Under the pieces are notes generated by a model. That model was given only the letters and a program-made list of their open reading frames with translations, had not been told where the DNA came from and searched no databases. Shown piece by piece: positions 43,358-55,043 of a DNA stretch of 64,000 bases. Source of the DNA: Bdellovibrionota bacterium (GTDB lineage: Bacteria; Bdellovibrionota_G; JALEGL01; DATDPG01); the NCBI GenBank assembly GCA_963668355.1, contig OY764265.1:1664001-1728000 (forward strand). The letters run 5' to 3'. A program made the translations under genes and the position numbers. How positions within the stretch are numbered: position 1 is the first letter of the stretch; each line of letters starts with the position of its first letter.

Positions 43358-44650
43358 ATGAACGAAAAAAGAAATGAATCCATTTGCCCCAACCCCACGC
43401 TCAACGCCTTCGACAACGCGTTGTCCCAATTTGACTCGGCTGCGGAGGTCTTAAATCTGAAACCCAATCAGGTAGCTGTGATCAAACAGCCTCGACGGGT
43501 GACCGAAGTGAAGCTTCCCGTTCGCATGGACGATAGTTCCATCGAGGTGTTTACCGGCTATCGCGTTCAACACAATATTGCGCGTGGACCGGCCAAAGGG
43601 GGGATTCGTTTTCATCCGGATGTGAATATGGATGAGGTAAAGGCATTGGCTTTTTGGATGACCTTCAAATGCGCCCTGGTCAATGTGCCTTTTGGAGGAG
43701 GCAAGGGAGGGGTGGTCTGTGATCCGAGTAAGCTTTCTTTGGGTGAATTGGAGCGGCTCTCTCGAAGATACTTTGCTGAAATGATCGACCTTTTTGGTCC
43801 GGACCAGGATATCCCCGCTCCAGATGTGGGAACCAACCAACAGGTGATGTGCTGGTTTATGGACACGTATTCCATGCACCATCATTCGTTTTTACCGGCC
43901 GTAGTTACGGGAAAGCCTTTGGATTTGGGAGGCTCTGTGGGGCGGCAAGCAGCCACGGCACAAGGGGTTCTTTATACGACCCAAGCGGCATTAGAGCATT
44001 TGGGAATTTCCATGAAAGATGCTCGTGTGGCCATTCAAGGATTTGGCAATGTGGGGTCTTTTTCTGCCGAACTCTTTTCTGAGGCTGGGGCCAAGATTGT
44101 GGCCATTTCGGATGTGAGCGGGGCCTATGTGAATTCGAAGGGGATAAATGTCAAACACGCCTTGGAATATTTGGCCAAAGAACATTCGTTGGCGGGGTAT
44201 GACTCCAGTGGAGCAGCAGAAAAACTGGATGTGGCCAACCAGTTGCTGGAGTTGGATGTCGATATTCTGATTCCAGCTGCCTTGGAAAATCAGATTACTT
44301 CTGAGAATGCTGGAAGGATCAAGGCGAAAGTAATTTCCGAAGGTGCGAATGGCCCGGTGATTCCTGCGGCGGATCGCATCTTGAATGAGAAGGGCGTATT
44401 TGTGATTCCCGACATCTTATGCAACGCCGGAGGCGTGACGGTTTCTTATTTGGAGTGGGTTCAAAACCGTTCGGGCTATTATTGGACAGAGAATGACGTT
44501 CGAGAAGATCTGTCCCGAATGATGCAAGACTCATTTCGAGAAGTTTTGGCGACTTCCCAGCGGTATCGCGTGAGCATGAGAGTGGCCGCCTTCATTGTTG
44601 CCATTCAACGTGTGGTTCGAGCTTCTGAGATGAGAGGGTTGTATGCCTAA
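43358..44650 (+). CDS. gdhA: Glutamate dehydrogenase, catalytic subunit
   Basis: GPAKGGIRF, MTFKCA, GGGKGG, PAPDVGT, GFGNVG and NAGGVTVSYLEW all intact. Confidence 0.93.
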   Translation: MNEKRNESICPNPTLNAFDNALSQFDSAAEVLNLKPNQVAVIKQPRRVTEVKLPVRMDDSSIEVFTGYRVQHNIARGPAKGGIRFHPDVNMDEVKALAFWMTFKCALVNVPFGGGKGGVVCDPSKLSLGELERLSRRYFAEMIDLFGPDQDIPAPDVGTNQQVMCWFMDTYSMHHHSFLPAVVTGKPLDLGGSVGRQAATAQGVLYTTQAALEHLGISMKDARVAIQGFGNVGSFSAELFSEAGAKIVAISDVSGAYVNSKGINVKHALEYLAKEHSLAGYDSSGAAEKLDVANQLLELDVDILIPAALENQITSENAGRIKAKVISEGANGPVIPAADRILNEKGVFVIPDILCNAGGVTVSYLEWVQNRSGYYWTENDVREDLSRMMQDSFREVLATSQRYRVSMRVAAFIVAIQRVVRASEMRGLYA

Positions 44651-45929
44651 AGCCAAGGGGGAAACCTATCGGACGCTCCCCGGTTCTTTGCAAAATGTAA
44701 AAGGGGAGTTTCAGGCTGCGGCCAAATACTTGGGCTTGCCGGAAGATTTGATTCAATCGTTTGAACAACCTCAATATTCGGTTCGAATGAATCTGCCCGT
44801 GCGTATGGACAATGGAAAGATTCGAACGTTCACGGCATATCATTCCATTCACTCGACAAAAAAAGGCCCGGCCGTGGGAGGGATTCGATATCGCGAGGGG
44901 ATCGATCAAAAAATGGTGGATGCGTTTGCGTTTTGGTCGAGCAATCGATGTGCACTTTTAAATATTCCTTTTGGAGGGAGCTCAAGTGCTGTGGACTGTG
45001 ATCCGGCCACGTGTAGCGTTGGTGAGCTGGAGCGCATCACTAGAGCATTCGTGGTTTCCGCTTCTTCCTTTTTGGGACCTGACCATGATGTTTTGACATC
45101 CAATCATGGAACCAATCAACAGGTGATGTGCTGGATCATGGACACCTATTCTCGACATATGAAGAAACATTCTCCAGCCGTAGTGCTCGGTAAACCCTTG
45201 GATCTGGGGGGGATGCATACAAGCAATCATCCGGTAGCCGTAGGCGTTGAACTATGCATTCGTCGCGCAGCTGAAAAGTTGGGCATTCCCATTAAAGGCG
45301 CTCGCGTGGCCATCCAAGGCTTTGGTTCCGTGGGGGCACCCTTAGTGAAATCTCTTCACGACGCTGGCGCAAAAATTGTCGCCGTGGCAGATATTACGGG
45401 CGCTTACGTGAATGAAGATGGGATCAATGTAGATGAGCTTTTATGGCATCGAGATTCATACGGAATGCTTTATGGGGCCGAGTCAGAGCTGAATGTCGAG
45501 AAAATGGAAGACCCTTTTGGGGTTTTTGAACTTCCGGTGGATATTTTGATTCCCGCAGCGGTGGAATTGCAAATCACAGAAGAAAATGTGGATCGGGTGA
45601 ACGCAAAAATCATTGCGGAAGTGGCTTTTGACCCCATTTCCCCTGAAGCTGATCGAGCCTTGGCCAAAAGAGGGGTTTGGGTCATTCCCGATATTTTGTG
45701 TAATTCGGGAGGGGTGAGTGGAAACTATCTGGAATGGGTGCAAAACCGGATGGGGTATTACTGGAAATCGAATCGTGTAACCCAAGAAATTGAACGTTTG
45801 GTTGGGCAAGCCTTTGATGCCTGTTCCAAGGTGATGGTGAAGGAAGGCATTCCCATGAGGTTGGCCGCAAGTGTTTGCGCCGTTCGAGGCGTGGTCAGAG
45901 CTGCAGAAATGCGAGGTTCTCATGTCTGA
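44643..45929 (+). CDS. Glutamate dehydrogenase paralogue lacking catalytic residues (probable regulatory subunit)
   Basis: Full-length fold but GPAVGG, SSNRCA, GGSSSA and LTSNHGT at the catalytic positions. Confidence 0.85.
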   Translation: MPKAKGETYRTLPGSLQNVKGEFQAAAKYLGLPEDLIQSFEQPQYSVRMNLPVRMDNGKIRTFTAYHSIHSTKKGPAVGGIRYREGIDQKMVDAFAFWSSNRCALLNIPFGGSSSAVDCDPATCSVGELERITRAFVVSASSFLGPDHDVLTSNHGTNQQVMCWIMDTYSRHMKKHSPAVVLGKPLDLGGMHTSNHPVAVGVELCIRRAAEKLGIPIKGARVAIQGFGSVGAPLVKSLHDAGAKIVAVADITGAYVNEDGINVDELLWHRDSYGMLYGAESELNVEKMEDPFGVFELPVDILIPAAVELQITEENVDRVNAKIIAEVAFDPISPEADRALAKRGVWVIPDILCNSGGVSGNYLEWVQNRMGYYWKSNRVTQEIERLVGQAFDACSKVMVKEGIPMRLAASVCAVRGVVRAAEMRGSHV

Positions 45930-47688
45930 ATTGATGTTTTTGGAGCTTGGAAAAGGTGAGGTTGGTGGAAAAGGGCGCGGCTTAAAACGTCTTCAAGAAA
46001 TCGTTACGAATTGGAAGGAGGGTTCCCAAGAAAATCCATGTGCGGACTTCATTGATCTACCGTTGACGATTTTGGGGACGACCGAAATTTTTCAAGATTT
46101 TCTTCATGAGAACCAACTGGAAGAAGACTGTCGAACGCTCGAATCTCATCCGGATCATGATTGCAAGCCCCTTCAAGAACGCATTGAGCAGGGAAGAATT
46201 CCTGAAAAATGGAAGCAGGAATTCTCTTCCTTGTTGGAAAAATTGAAATCTCCTTTGGCCATTCGCTCATCTTCTTTGTTGGAGGATCAGAAGGGAGCAG
46301 CTTTTGCCGGGAAGTATGAGTCGATACTCATTGGAAACCAAGGGTCACTGGAAAAACGTTTGGATGATTTTGAAAAAGCTCTGAAAACGGTTTTTGCTTC
46401 GACCTTCAACTCCAATGCGCTTTCATATCGTGAAAAGCATGACTTTCTGGACACTCGGGAAGAAATGGCTGTTGTGATTCAGGAAGTAGTGGGCCGAAAG
46501 TTTGGTCACTATTTTTTGCCGGCCATGGCAGGCGTTGGGTTTACGCAAAACGGATATTGCTGGACCGATGATATTAAAAGATCCGATGGTTTGGTTCGCC
46601 TCGTCTTTGGTTTGGGCCAGGCAGCCGTTGGTCGTGGTTACGTGCGGCTTTTTCCTCCTCCCAAACCGTCTCTTCGCCCAGAGGGAACCGAAGTGAACAA
46701 TATTCAAAAGTGTTCCCAAAAAAAAGTCTATGTTGTGGATCTGGAAACCAGTGAACTCAAATCCATTCACTTTAGAGAATTGGTTCCGGATGGATACAGC
46801 TGTTTTCCGGGGGCTGAATCCATGGTTTCCTTGAAAGACGGCTCCTACCTCTATCAACCGGTTTCTCATCTTTGGGATTCATCTCATATTCCTGTGTTAA
46901 CCATGGATGGCGTACTGGAACATAAGTGGATGAATATGGATCTGCCCCAAGTTTTAGGATGGCTTCTTCGAAATTTGGAAAAAGAGATGGGACATCCCAT
47001 GGATATCGAGTTTGCTGTTGAGCACGATGAGGAAACCAAAGTAGGAAAAGTTTTTGTCCTTCAAGCGAGACCCTTAAGTGAACGTCAAGGGGAGTTGGTT
47101 GAAATTCCAAAGGATCTTCCCGAAGAAGATTGTCTCATCCACTTAAAACGAAATCTCCCCACGGCCTATGTGCAAGATATGGAATATCTGGTGATCGTGG
47201 ATGAGGATGGGTACCGGGACTGGTCTTATCGAGAGAAACCCACGGTTGCGCGAATGATTGGAAAAATTAACGATCGACTGAAAGGTAAAAAGTTTGCTCT
47301 GGTGGGGCCTGGCAGATGGGGATCTTGGAATCCTCAGCTAGGTGTTCCTGTGAACTACTCTGAAATCTGCAATTGCTCGATGTTGATTGAGGTCGCGCGA
47401 CGAGAAGGGGGCTTTTTGCCCGAAGTGTCCTTTGGATCGCACTTTTTCCAAGACCTCATTGAAGACGGAATTGCTTATTTACCTGTTCACCCGGGAGAAC
47501 CCATGGTGGATTACCAAGAGGGATTTGTGGAGGGGAAAAACATTCTTTCGGAACTTATGGGAAAAGATTTGACGGAAGCTTTTGAGAATTTGATTCGTGT
47601 GATTCATCTCCCGGAGGCCACGCAGGGGAAGTATGCGCATGCGATTCTTAATGGGGAGCGAGGGGAAGCCATCCTGTTCTTAAAATAA
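45922..47688 (+). CDS. PEP-synthase/PPDK nucleotide-binding-domain protein without recognisable His-swivel domain
   Basis: VGGKGRGL, AIRSSSLLED...FAGKY, MAVVIQEVVG, DIEFA, LQARP, GPGRWGS and SFGSHFF motifs. Confidence 0.85.
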   Translation: MSELMFLELGKGEVGGKGRGLKRLQEIVTNWKEGSQENPCADFIDLPLTILGTTEIFQDFLHENQLEEDCRTLESHPDHDCKPLQERIEQGRIPEKWKQEFSSLLEKLKSPLAIRSSSLLEDQKGAAFAGKYESILIGNQGSLEKRLDDFEKALKTVFASTFNSNALSYREKHDFLDTREEMAVVIQEVVGRKFGHYFLPAMAGVGFTQNGYCWTDDIKRSDGLVRLVFGLGQAAVGRGYVRLFPPPKPSLRPEGTEVNNIQKCSQKKVYVVDLETSELKSIHFRELVPDGYSCFPGAESMVSLKDGSYLYQPVSHLWDSSHIPVLTMDGVLEHKWMNMDLPQVLGWLLRNLEKEMGHPMDIEFAVEHDEETKVGKVFVLQARPLSERQGELVEIPKDLPEEDCLIHLKRNLPTAYVQDMEYLVIVDEDGYRDWSYREKPTVARMIGKINDRLKGKKFALVGPGRWGSWNPQLGVPVNYSEICNCSMLIEVARREGGFLPEVSFGSHFFQDLIEDGIAYLPVHPGEPMVDYQEGFVEGKNILSELMGKDLTEAFENLIRVIHLPEATQGKYAHAILNGERGEAILFLK

Positions 47689-48004
47689 AACAGGGCTTCG
47701 TTCATCGAATTCACACACAAAATCGAGTTTCTTCCCTCGAAAAAGAACCCCTCCTTCGACCGAAAAGTCCCTTAGGTCTGTTTCCCTAAGGAAAAACGGT
47801 TTGGCCTTGGTGTGCAAATAGGCGACTTTGCGAAGCCCTGTCCGTTAAGAGTGGGAGAAACATATCCCAAAAAATTCATGTTTCAACAAAAATAAGACAT
47901 AAGATGTGCAAAAATGCCCTATAAGCAGGGCTGTTCTTGGGGTTTTTGTGTCTCGTTTAAGATGATGCCTTGCGCCATCATGGCGGTCCATGTAAAAGGC
48001 CGTC

Positions 48005-48976
48005 ATGCGAAACCGGGTCATACTTTTTCTCGTTCTTTGTTTGTTTCCGAGCCTTCTTTTGGCTGACGAGCGACTTTCGCTTGAGATAACTGCGCTTGAA
48101 GAAGAGGCCGCCGAAGGAGGGGCGGAAATTATTGAGAACGAAGGCCTTCCATTTATTCGATTAGAAAATGATTCACGGGATTTCGCCATTCTTCCCATGG
48201 GGCTCTTTTATCGTCTGGAAGAAGTTCGAAAGATTTCTGGCCCTCAGTTTCAAGGGGAAAACTTGGAGATTGGTGAGCCGTTTAAAATGGAATTTCGGGC
48301 TCGCTGGAGAAAGTGGGGGACGTTAGAAACCAAGCGTTTTGATCGTTTTTTGAGGCAGTACTCGTCTCCAAGTTCGAATCGTGAATTCATTCTGTTTTTG
48401 TATGATCGCTTTTTCTTCGCGGTTGACGATATGGGGGTGGGCGTCGTGCCGAAATTTCACTACGTTTTGCCGAGGGCTGATTTAGGTGGGCCTCTTCCAG
48501 AATTTCATTCCCTTTTTTCCTCAATGGAACTCATTCAAGAAAAACGAAGACGTCGATCATCCGTATTTCGAGACGCTGTCGAATTTACTTCGGAACTTGT
48601 GACGGAGGAAACCGAAGAGGGCTATTTCGATTATTACCAAGTGGATGTTCTGGGTAAGGTAGTCGTGAATCGGGAGAATTTCCGAATTCTACATGCGGTT
48701 TCCGATATGCATTTCGATATGTATTTAAGGCCCTTTAACGAAGATGCAGCTAGCAGCTTGGCCTTGTTTCTCAATGTTGCCCGAGAACCCATCGGGAAAG
48801 TCCCATTGCTTTCCAATGTGGTTGTTTCTTCTGAAGATTTTGAGCACCCTTCCCAAAAAGATACGATGATGTTTCTAAACAGCTACTTTGAAGATGAGAA
48901 CTTTGATTCCACATATTCTCACACGGATTTATTGGAGATGATGCAAAGCTTAATCAAGCAAATTCCCAATCATTGA
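48005..48976 (+). CDS. Hypothetical secreted protein
   Basis: 323-aa ORF with signal peptide; no motif recognised. Confidence 0.6.
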   Translation: MRNRVILFLVLCLFPSLLLADERLSLEITALEEEAAEGGAEIIENEGLPFIRLENDSRDFAILPMGLFYRLEEVRKISGPQFQGENLEIGEPFKMEFRARWRKWGTLETKRFDRFLRQYSSPSSNREFILFLYDRFFFAVDDMGVGVVPKFHYVLPRADLGGPLPEFHSLFSSMELIQEKRRRRSSVFRDAVEFTSELVTEETEEGYFDYYQVDVLGKVVVNRENFRILHAVSDMHFDMYLRPFNEDAASSLALFLNVAREPIGKVPLLSNVVVSSEDFEHPSQKDTMMFLNSYFEDENFDSTYSHTDLLEMMQSLIKQIPNH

Positions 48977-48984
48977 GTGGAAGA

Positions 48985-50223
48985 TTATTTTACTTCCGCC
49001 CAGACCCGTTTCCCAACCTTAATGAAGGTTCCCGTTTCCAAATTCAGGGGGTCCTTGAGAGATTTTATGATTTGGGCTTGCGTGACGTCCCCTCCAATGG
49101 GGATGACTTTTACCGCTCCTTGCGCAATGAGACGGTTAGCCTCGGAGGAGGATTTGGCCAAACCATGTTTCGCAAGGTATTGGGGCCATGCCATATTGGT
49201 TTCTGGCATTGGAATCATTTTTCGATCCTCGGGAATTCTTTTTTGCGCAAACTGGGCATCAAAATCATCGTTGGCTTTTTGTGCGGCATCTTTCCCATGA
49301 TAGCGTTCAATGATCATTCGGGCTAAGTCGGCCTTGATGTTGCGTGGGTTTTTCTTTCCCGCCGCAATATCGGAAGTGAGGGAGATGAGTTCTTGATTGG
49401 GGATGTCTGTGAGGAGCTCGTAATACCGAAGCATGAGATCGTCGGAGATGCTCATGATTTTGCCGAACATCTCTTTGGGAGGTTCCGTGATGCCAATGTA
49501 GTTGTTCAAAGACTTGGACATCTTTTTGATGCCGTCCAGTCCTTCTAAGATGGGCATGGTCAAAATCACTTGGGGTTCTTGTCCCACGGCTTTCTGGATT
49601 TCACGCCCCACAAGGAGATTAAACTTTTGATCCGTTCCGCCTAACTCAATGTCGGCCTTTAACGCCACTGAATCGTAGCCTTGGACAAGGGGATACATAA
49701 ATTCTCGAATGGAAATGGGTTGCTCGCCTTCGTAACGTTTGTGGAAGTCGTCGCGTTCCAGCATTCGGGCTACCGTGTAATGAGTGGATAGCTCGATCAG
49801 TTCGGCGGCTGACATTTGTTCCATCCATCGGCTGTTGAAATCAATAACCGTTTCCTCTGCATCTAAGATTTTAAAGACTTGTTCTTTATAGGTTTGGGCA
49901 TTTTTTTGGACATCTTCTCGCGTCATCGCTTTTCGCGTTTCCGTTCGACCGGAGGGATCTCCAATCATTCCCGTGAAATCACCAATCAGGAAAACGACGG
50001 TGTGCCCGAGTTGCTGAAATTGCCGCATTTTTTGCAATAGAACGGTGTGTCCGACGTGGAGGTCTGGTGCTGTTGGATCAAATCCGGTTTTTACGATGAG
50101 CGGGGTGGCATTTCGATACGATTTTTCAAGTTTGGCCTCAAGTTCCTTCTCGGGAAGGATTTCAGCCGTGCCGCGTTGAATCAGAGTCAGTTGTTCTTTT
50201 ACCGGAGCAAATTTTTTCGTCAT
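48985..50223 (-). CDS. tyrS: Tyrosyl-tRNA synthetase
   Basis: [29 protein letters not shown] and KMSKS motifs; S4 tail. Confidence 0.96.
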   Translation of the reverse strand: MTKKFAPVKEQLTLIQRGTAEILPEKELEAKLEKSYRNATPLIVKTGFDPTAPDLHVGHTVLLQKMRQFQQLGHTVVFLIGDFTGMIGDPSGRTETRKAMTREDVQKNAQTYKEQVFKILDAEETVIDFNSRWMEQMSAAELIELSTHYTVARMLERDDFHKRYEGEQPISIREFMYPLVQGYDSVALKADIELGGTDQKFNLLVGREIQKAVGQEPQVILTMPILEGLDGIKKMSKSLNNYIGITEPPKEMFGKIMSISDDLMLRYYELLTDIPNQELISLTSDIAAGKKNPRNIKADLARMIIERYHGKDAAQKANDDFDAQFAQKRIPEDRKMIPMPETNMAWPQYLAKHGLAKSSSEANRLIAQGAVKVIPIGGDVTQAQIIKSLKDPLNLETGTFIKVGKRVWAEVK

Positions 50224-50372
50224 TTCGCTTCGGACGATAACACACCTGCGAGATTCAGAAAATTCGATAGCCGAACGGGTTCGAATCCGATAACCTCCTA
50301 ATTTCATTGGGCCCGATGGTTCTTACAAAACATCCGGAGCAAGTTTGAATGTTTATAAGGAGACTTAACTCT

Positions 50373-51518
50373 ATGAAGCGAAACGGTTGGTTAGTTTTAG
50401 GAATTTTCAGCTTTTGTTCAATGGGCCTCATATGGGGTTGCAAAGAAGGGGCAAAGGCTCCTGGAACATCTGAAATGGTGGCAGAGCCCGTTCGCTGTGA
50501 AGCCGAGGTCAAACCCGAAACGCTGGCTTTTATTGGAAAAGAGCCTGTGACCATGAAAGATTTGAACCAGGCAGATGTGGATATGGCCTTGAAGCAACAG
50601 GCTTTTGAGGCACAAGAAAATTATCTGCAGGGTCGGGAGGCCTTGCTTGCCGACTTTATTTTTCAGATGCTTGTAGAAAAAGAGGCCAAAGCCAAAGGCA
50701 TTTCTTCGGAAGAGCTGGTCAAAAAGGAAGTCGAAAATAAAATCGCCAAAGTCTCGGAAAGTGAAGTCAAGGCCTACTACGATCAAATTGCGGGGGAACG
50801 AAAAAAAGCAAAACGATCCACACCGCCTTTGGATAAAGTGGCCCCTCAGGTTCGGGCACATTTGGAAAATGAGGCCATGACCACACAGAAGGAAAAATAT
50901 TTTGCCTCTCTGCGTAAGAAGTATGACGTAAAATATGTCGAAACGGATTCGGGCTTAAGTAAGCCTCGATATAAAGTTGCGATAGGTGACTTGCCTTTGA
51001 AGGGCGATGCGAAAGCTCCCATCACGATTGTTGAATTCTCTGAGTTTGAGTGTCCTTATTGTGGTCGAGGAACCAAAACGGTTGCTGACGTTTTGAAAGC
51101 CTATAAAGGTTTGGTTAAATTGCATTTTCGAGATTTTCCCTTGGACTTTCATAAGAACGCGAAATTGGCTGGAATCGCAGGACATTGCGCGGCCTCTCAG
51201 GAAAAGTTCTGGGAACTTCACGACAAAATGTTCGACAATCGCACGAAACTTCAGAGAAAAGACCTCGTTGGGTATGCAAAGGGCTTGGGGCTAGATATGC
51301 CGGCTTTCGAGAAATGTTTGGATGACCCTGCGATGGCCAAGAAGGTCGAAGATAATATGGATGCGGGCAAAAAACTGGGCATTCGTGGCGTTCCCGCTTT
51401 TTTCATCAATGGGGTGAAATTGGGAGGTGCGGTTCCTTTCGAAGAGTTTGAGAAAGTAATTGATGAGGAACTGAAAGCTCTAGGGATTGAGAAACCTAAA
51501 AAGAAAGTAATGCCTTAG
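50373..51518 (+). CDS. DsbA-family thioredoxin lipoprotein with SurA-N-like helical domain
   Basis: IWGC lipobox-like; [22 protein letters not shown]. Confidence 0.85.
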   Translation: MKRNGWLVLGIFSFCSMGLIWGCKEGAKAPGTSEMVAEPVRCEAEVKPETLAFIGKEPVTMKDLNQADVDMALKQQAFEAQENYLQGREALLADFIFQMLVEKEAKAKGISSEELVKKEVENKIAKVSESEVKAYYDQIAGERKKAKRSTPPLDKVAPQVRAHLENEAMTTQKEKYFASLRKKYDVKYVETDSGLSKPRYKVAIGDLPLKGDAKAPITIVEFSEFECPYCGRGTKTVADVLKAYKGLVKLHFRDFPLDFHKNAKLAGIAGHCAASQEKFWELHDKMFDNRTKLQRKDLVGYAKGLGLDMPAFEKCLDDPAMAKKVEDNMDAGKKLGIRGVPAFFINGVKLGGAVPFEEFEKVIDEELKALGIEKPKKKVMP

Positions 51519-51541
51519 GAATAATACTGCTGGAGGGAATT

Positions 51542-53983
51542 ATGGCTGACCATTCGACAGAAAATGTAAAAATACCTGAATCTCTTCCACTCCTTCCCGT
51601 AAAGGATGTGGTGCTATTCCCGTACGTGATCCTGCCGCTGTTCGTGGGACGAGAAACCTCGATTCAGGCCGTAGAAGCGGCTTTGGCAAAAGATCGACTG
51701 CTCTTTTTGGCCGCACAAAAAGATGTGCAAGCGGAAGTGGTAACGCCGGAAGGAATCAATGAAATTGGTTGTGTCGGCATGATCATGCGGATGCACAAGC
51801 TTCCGGTCCCTGATGGTCGGATTAAAATATTGGTTCAGGGAATGCGACGAGCCAAGATTCAGGAATATGTGCAAGAGAATCCGAATTATTATGTTCGAAC
51901 CAAATTGGTTGAAGAACCCGATATCTCGGATCGTCGAGTCGAAATTGAAGCCATGATGAGAACGATCAAGGAAGTTTTAGAAAAAATCGTTTCGCATGGA
52001 AAAATTCTCTCCCCAGAGATTTTAATTGTTCTGGATGATGTAACTGACCCAGGGCGTTTAGCGGACTTAGTGGCTTCTTATCTGGGACTTCGCGTGGACG
52101 AGGCGCAGCCCATCTTGGAAATGGCGGACCCTCAAGATCGATTGAAAGCGGTTCTCAGCTATCTTCACAAGGAACTGGACATTCTTTCGGTTCAAAACAA
52201 GATTCAGAACCAAGCCAAGGGTGAGATGTCTCGCATTCAGCGGGAGTACTATCTTCGTGAACAATTGCGCGCAATCAAGACCGAGCTGGGCGATGTCGAC
52301 ACCAAGGGTGAAGAAATCGCAAACTTTCAAGATAAGATTCGGGATTCGAAAATGCCCGAGGATGTTGAGGAAGAAGCTCTCAAGCAATTGCGTCGTTTGG
52401 AAGGAATGAATCAAGATGCGGCCGAGGCTTCGATTGTTCGAACGTACTTGGATTGGCTGGTTGAGCTTCCTTGGAGCAAAGCATCCAAAGACAATATCGA
52501 TTTAAAAAAGGCGAAGGAAATTTTGGATGAAGATCATTTCGATCTGGAGAAGGTCAAAGATCGGATCCTGGAATTTTTGGGTGTAACCAAATTGCGTAAA
52601 AAATTACGGGGTCCCATCCTATGTTTTGCGGGCCCTCCGGGAGTGGGAAAAACTTCGTTAGGAAAGTCCATCGCCCGGTCCATGGGAAGGGAGTTTGTTC
52701 GGATCTCACTAGGGGGAATGCGGGACGAAGCTGAAATTCGTGGTCATCGCCGGACCTATGTGGGCGCGCTTCCAGGCCGAATTATTCAAGGAATGAAGCA
52801 AGCCGGAACACGCAATCCCGTTTTTATGCTGGATGAAGTGGATAAACTCGGCGCTGATTTTCGTGGAGATCCTTCCTCAGCGTTGTTGGAAGTGTTGGAT
52901 CCTGAGCAAAACTTTGCTTTTCGAGATCATTATTTGAATCTTTCATTTGATCTTTCGCATGTCATGTTCATTGCAACCGCGAATCTCGTAGATCCGATCA
53001 TCCCTGCTTTGAGGGACCGAATGGAGATCATCGATCTTCCTGGTTATAGCCAAGAAGAGAAGAAAGAGATTTGTCATCGTTTTCTGATTCCCAAGCAAGT
53101 GGAAGAAAATGGAATTACAGAAAAACATTATGAATTGATGGACTCTGCTTTGGAAATGTTGATCGATCAGTACACGCGGGAATCAGGTTTGAGAAATATG
53201 GAGCGGGAATTGGCGGCCGTATTTCGAAAAGTGGCCAAGCGAGTTGCTGAGGGTGAGAAAGATCGTTTCAAAATTACCACAAAAAACCTCCCAGACCTTC
53301 TCGGACCGCCCAAATATCTTCCCGAAGCTGATCTGAAAGAAGATGAAGTGGGTGTGGTTACGGGGTTGGCCTGGACTCAATTTGGAGGAGAAATTCTGCA
53401 TGTTGAGGCCACTCTGATGAAAGGGAAAGGAACGCTAACGTTAACAGGACATTTAGGCGATGTGATGAAAGAGTCCGCTCGAGCCGCTCTCTCCTATGCG
53501 CGTTCTCGCTCAAAAGAACTCGGAATTAAGGATACCGTTTTTACGAATATGGATATTCACATTCATGTTCCTGCGGGTGCGATTCCAAAAGACGGTCCCT
53601 CTGCGGGTATTACGATGGCTACAGCGTTGGTTTCGGCCATGTTGGGGAAACCCGTGGATCGCGAACTTGCGATGACCGGTGAAATCACCTTACGTGGACA
53701 TGTGTTGCCCATTGGAGGGGTGAAGGAGAAGGTTTTAGCTGCGCGTCGTTCCAAGATCAAACGTGTTCTCATTCCCCAACGAAATGAGAAAGATTTGGTC
53801 GAAGTGCCGGAACATTATCTGAAGGGAATGGACATTATTCCTGTGGCTACGGTGGATGATGTATTTAGGTACGCATTCACGTCTCCAAAAAAGAAGGATG
53901 TTGCGAAGGGTGGAAAGTCCGCCCCCAAAAAGGAAAAGAGCCAAAAATCCCATGGCTCAAAAGTGCGTCACGCATCGCTTTAG
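51542..53983 (+). CDS. lon: ATP-dependent protease La
   Basis: [19 protein letters not shown] and PKDGPSAG motifs. Confidence 0.97.
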   Translation: MADHSTENVKIPESLPLLPVKDVVLFPYVILPLFVGRETSIQAVEAALAKDRLLFLAAQKDVQAEVVTPEGINEIGCVGMIMRMHKLPVPDGRIKILVQGMRRAKIQEYVQENPNYYVRTKLVEEPDISDRRVEIEAMMRTIKEVLEKIVSHGKILSPEILIVLDDVTDPGRLADLVASYLGLRVDEAQPILEMADPQDRLKAVLSYLHKELDILSVQNKIQNQAKGEMSRIQREYYLREQLRAIKTELGDVDTKGEEIANFQDKIRDSKMPEDVEEEALKQLRRLEGMNQDAAEASIVRTYLDWLVELPWSKASKDNIDLKKAKEILDEDHFDLEKVKDRILEFLGVTKLRKKLRGPILCFAGPPGVGKTSLGKSIARSMGREFVRISLGGMRDEAEIRGHRRTYVGALPGRIIQGMKQAGTRNPVFMLDEVDKLGADFRGDPSSALLEVLDPEQNFAFRDHYLNLSFDLSHVMFIATANLVDPIIPALRDRMEIIDLPGYSQEEKKEICHRFLIPKQVEENGITEKHYELMDSALEMLIDQYTRESGLRNMERELAAVFRKVAKRVAEGEKDRFKITTKNLPDLLGPPKYLPEADLKEDEVGVVTGLAWTQFGGEILHVEATLMKGKGTLTLTGHLGDVMKESARAALSYARSRSKELGIKDTVFTNMDIHIHVPAGAIPKDGPSAGITMATALVSAMLGKPVDRELAMTGEITLRGHVLPIGGVKEKVLAARRSKIKRVLIPQRNEKDLVEVPEHYLKGMDIIPVATVDDVFRYAFTSPKKKDVAKGGKSAPKKEKSQKSHGSKVRHASL

Positions 53984-54000
53984 GAGGCTTTTAATCAAAG

Positions 54001-55026
54001 GTGGATTCAGATTCCATAGTTAAAATTGTTCTCCTGCTTTTCTTGATTGCAGCGTCGGGATTCTTTTCCGGTTCTGAGTCGGCTTTTTTTAGTCTCGGGA
54101 TGTATCGTGTTCGCCGTCTCAAAGGAAAAGGAAACCGAAGTTTTTCCGCAGCGCATACATTGCTATCCAAGCCTTCAAAGTTGATCTCAACATTGTTGAC
54201 GGGAAATGAGTTTGTGAATGCGGCCATTGGTGTTGTCGGGGCTTCGCTGATCTATGACTTGTTTCATGAGAAAGTAGAACCAGAGGCCCTTCCGTGGTTG
54301 GGAATTTTTCTGGTGGTCCCTTTTGTGGTCGTGTTTGGAGAGATCATCCCAAAGAGCATGGCCCTTAGGAATCCTGAGCGCTATGTGAGTTTGAATGCCA
54401 TTCCCTTGTCACTTTTTTCTCGAGCCGTTGCCCCCATTCGAGATTTTCTGAACGCAATGAGCCAGCGTTTAGTAAAAATTTTAGGAGAAGCTCCTTCCTC
54501 AGGTGGGATTCAAGAGGAAGTGTTTCGATCGATGGTGGATGCAGGAACGGAGGAAGGGGTTTTGGATGATCAGGAAAAATCCCTCATTCATAACGTGTTT
54601 CAATTGGACGATGTTCAGGTTCGTCAGATCATGACCCCCAAAGAGAAGGTTGCCGTTTTAAGTCAAGATATGTCCTTGGACGAGGCTCTCCGGATCATTG
54701 AAGAAGAAAAGTATTCTCGTTTTCCGGTCCTTAAAGAAGATAAAAAGACGGTGGCCGGGGTCCTTTACATTAAGGACCTCTTGAATGACCAAGAGTTGGG
54801 TTTAAAGAATCCCGTCTCAAACTTTATGAGAAATGCCTTGACGGTTTCTCCAGACAATCATGGCCTCGCTTTGTTTGCCCAATTTAGATCCAAGCAAACG
54901 CATTTCGGTGTGGTTGTGGATGGTGCAGATCAGCACATGATTGGCATTGTCACATTGGAAGATGTCTTAGAGGAAATTTTTGGCGAAATTCGTGACGAAC
55001 AAGATGTAGAGGAGGGCTTATCCTAG
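54001..55026 (+). CDS. CNNM/DUF21-CBS (CorC/TlyC-like) membrane protein
   Basis: FFSGSE, GEIIPK, YSRFPV and TLEDVLEEIFGEI motifs. Confidence 0.9.
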   Translation: MDSDSIVKIVLLLFLIAASGFFSGSESAFFSLGMYRVRRLKGKGNRSFSAAHTLLSKPSKLISTLLTGNEFVNAAIGVVGASLIYDLFHEKVEPEALPWLGIFLVVPFVVVFGEIIPKSMALRNPERYVSLNAIPLSLFSRAVAPIRDFLNAMSQRLVKILGEAPSSGGIQEEVFRSMVDAGTEEGVLDDQEKSLIHNVFQLDDVQVRQIMTPKEKVAVLSQDMSLDEALRIIEEEKYSRFPVLKEDKKTVAGVLYIKDLLNDQELGLKNPVSNFMRNALTVSPDNHGLALFAQFRSKQTHFGVVVDGADQHMIGIVTLEDVLEEIFGEIRDEQDVEEGLS

Positions 55027-55043
55027 AAGTCATTCTCATTGCG

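Noticed and set aside
44643..45929. Second gdh as a pseudogene
   Set aside because: Intact full-length frame coupled at both ends; changes are concentrated at catalytic residues.
47689..48004. Riboswitch or ncRNA in the 316-bp intergenic gap
   Set aside because: Only short stems (CCTTAGG/CCTAAGG); no recognisable family motif.
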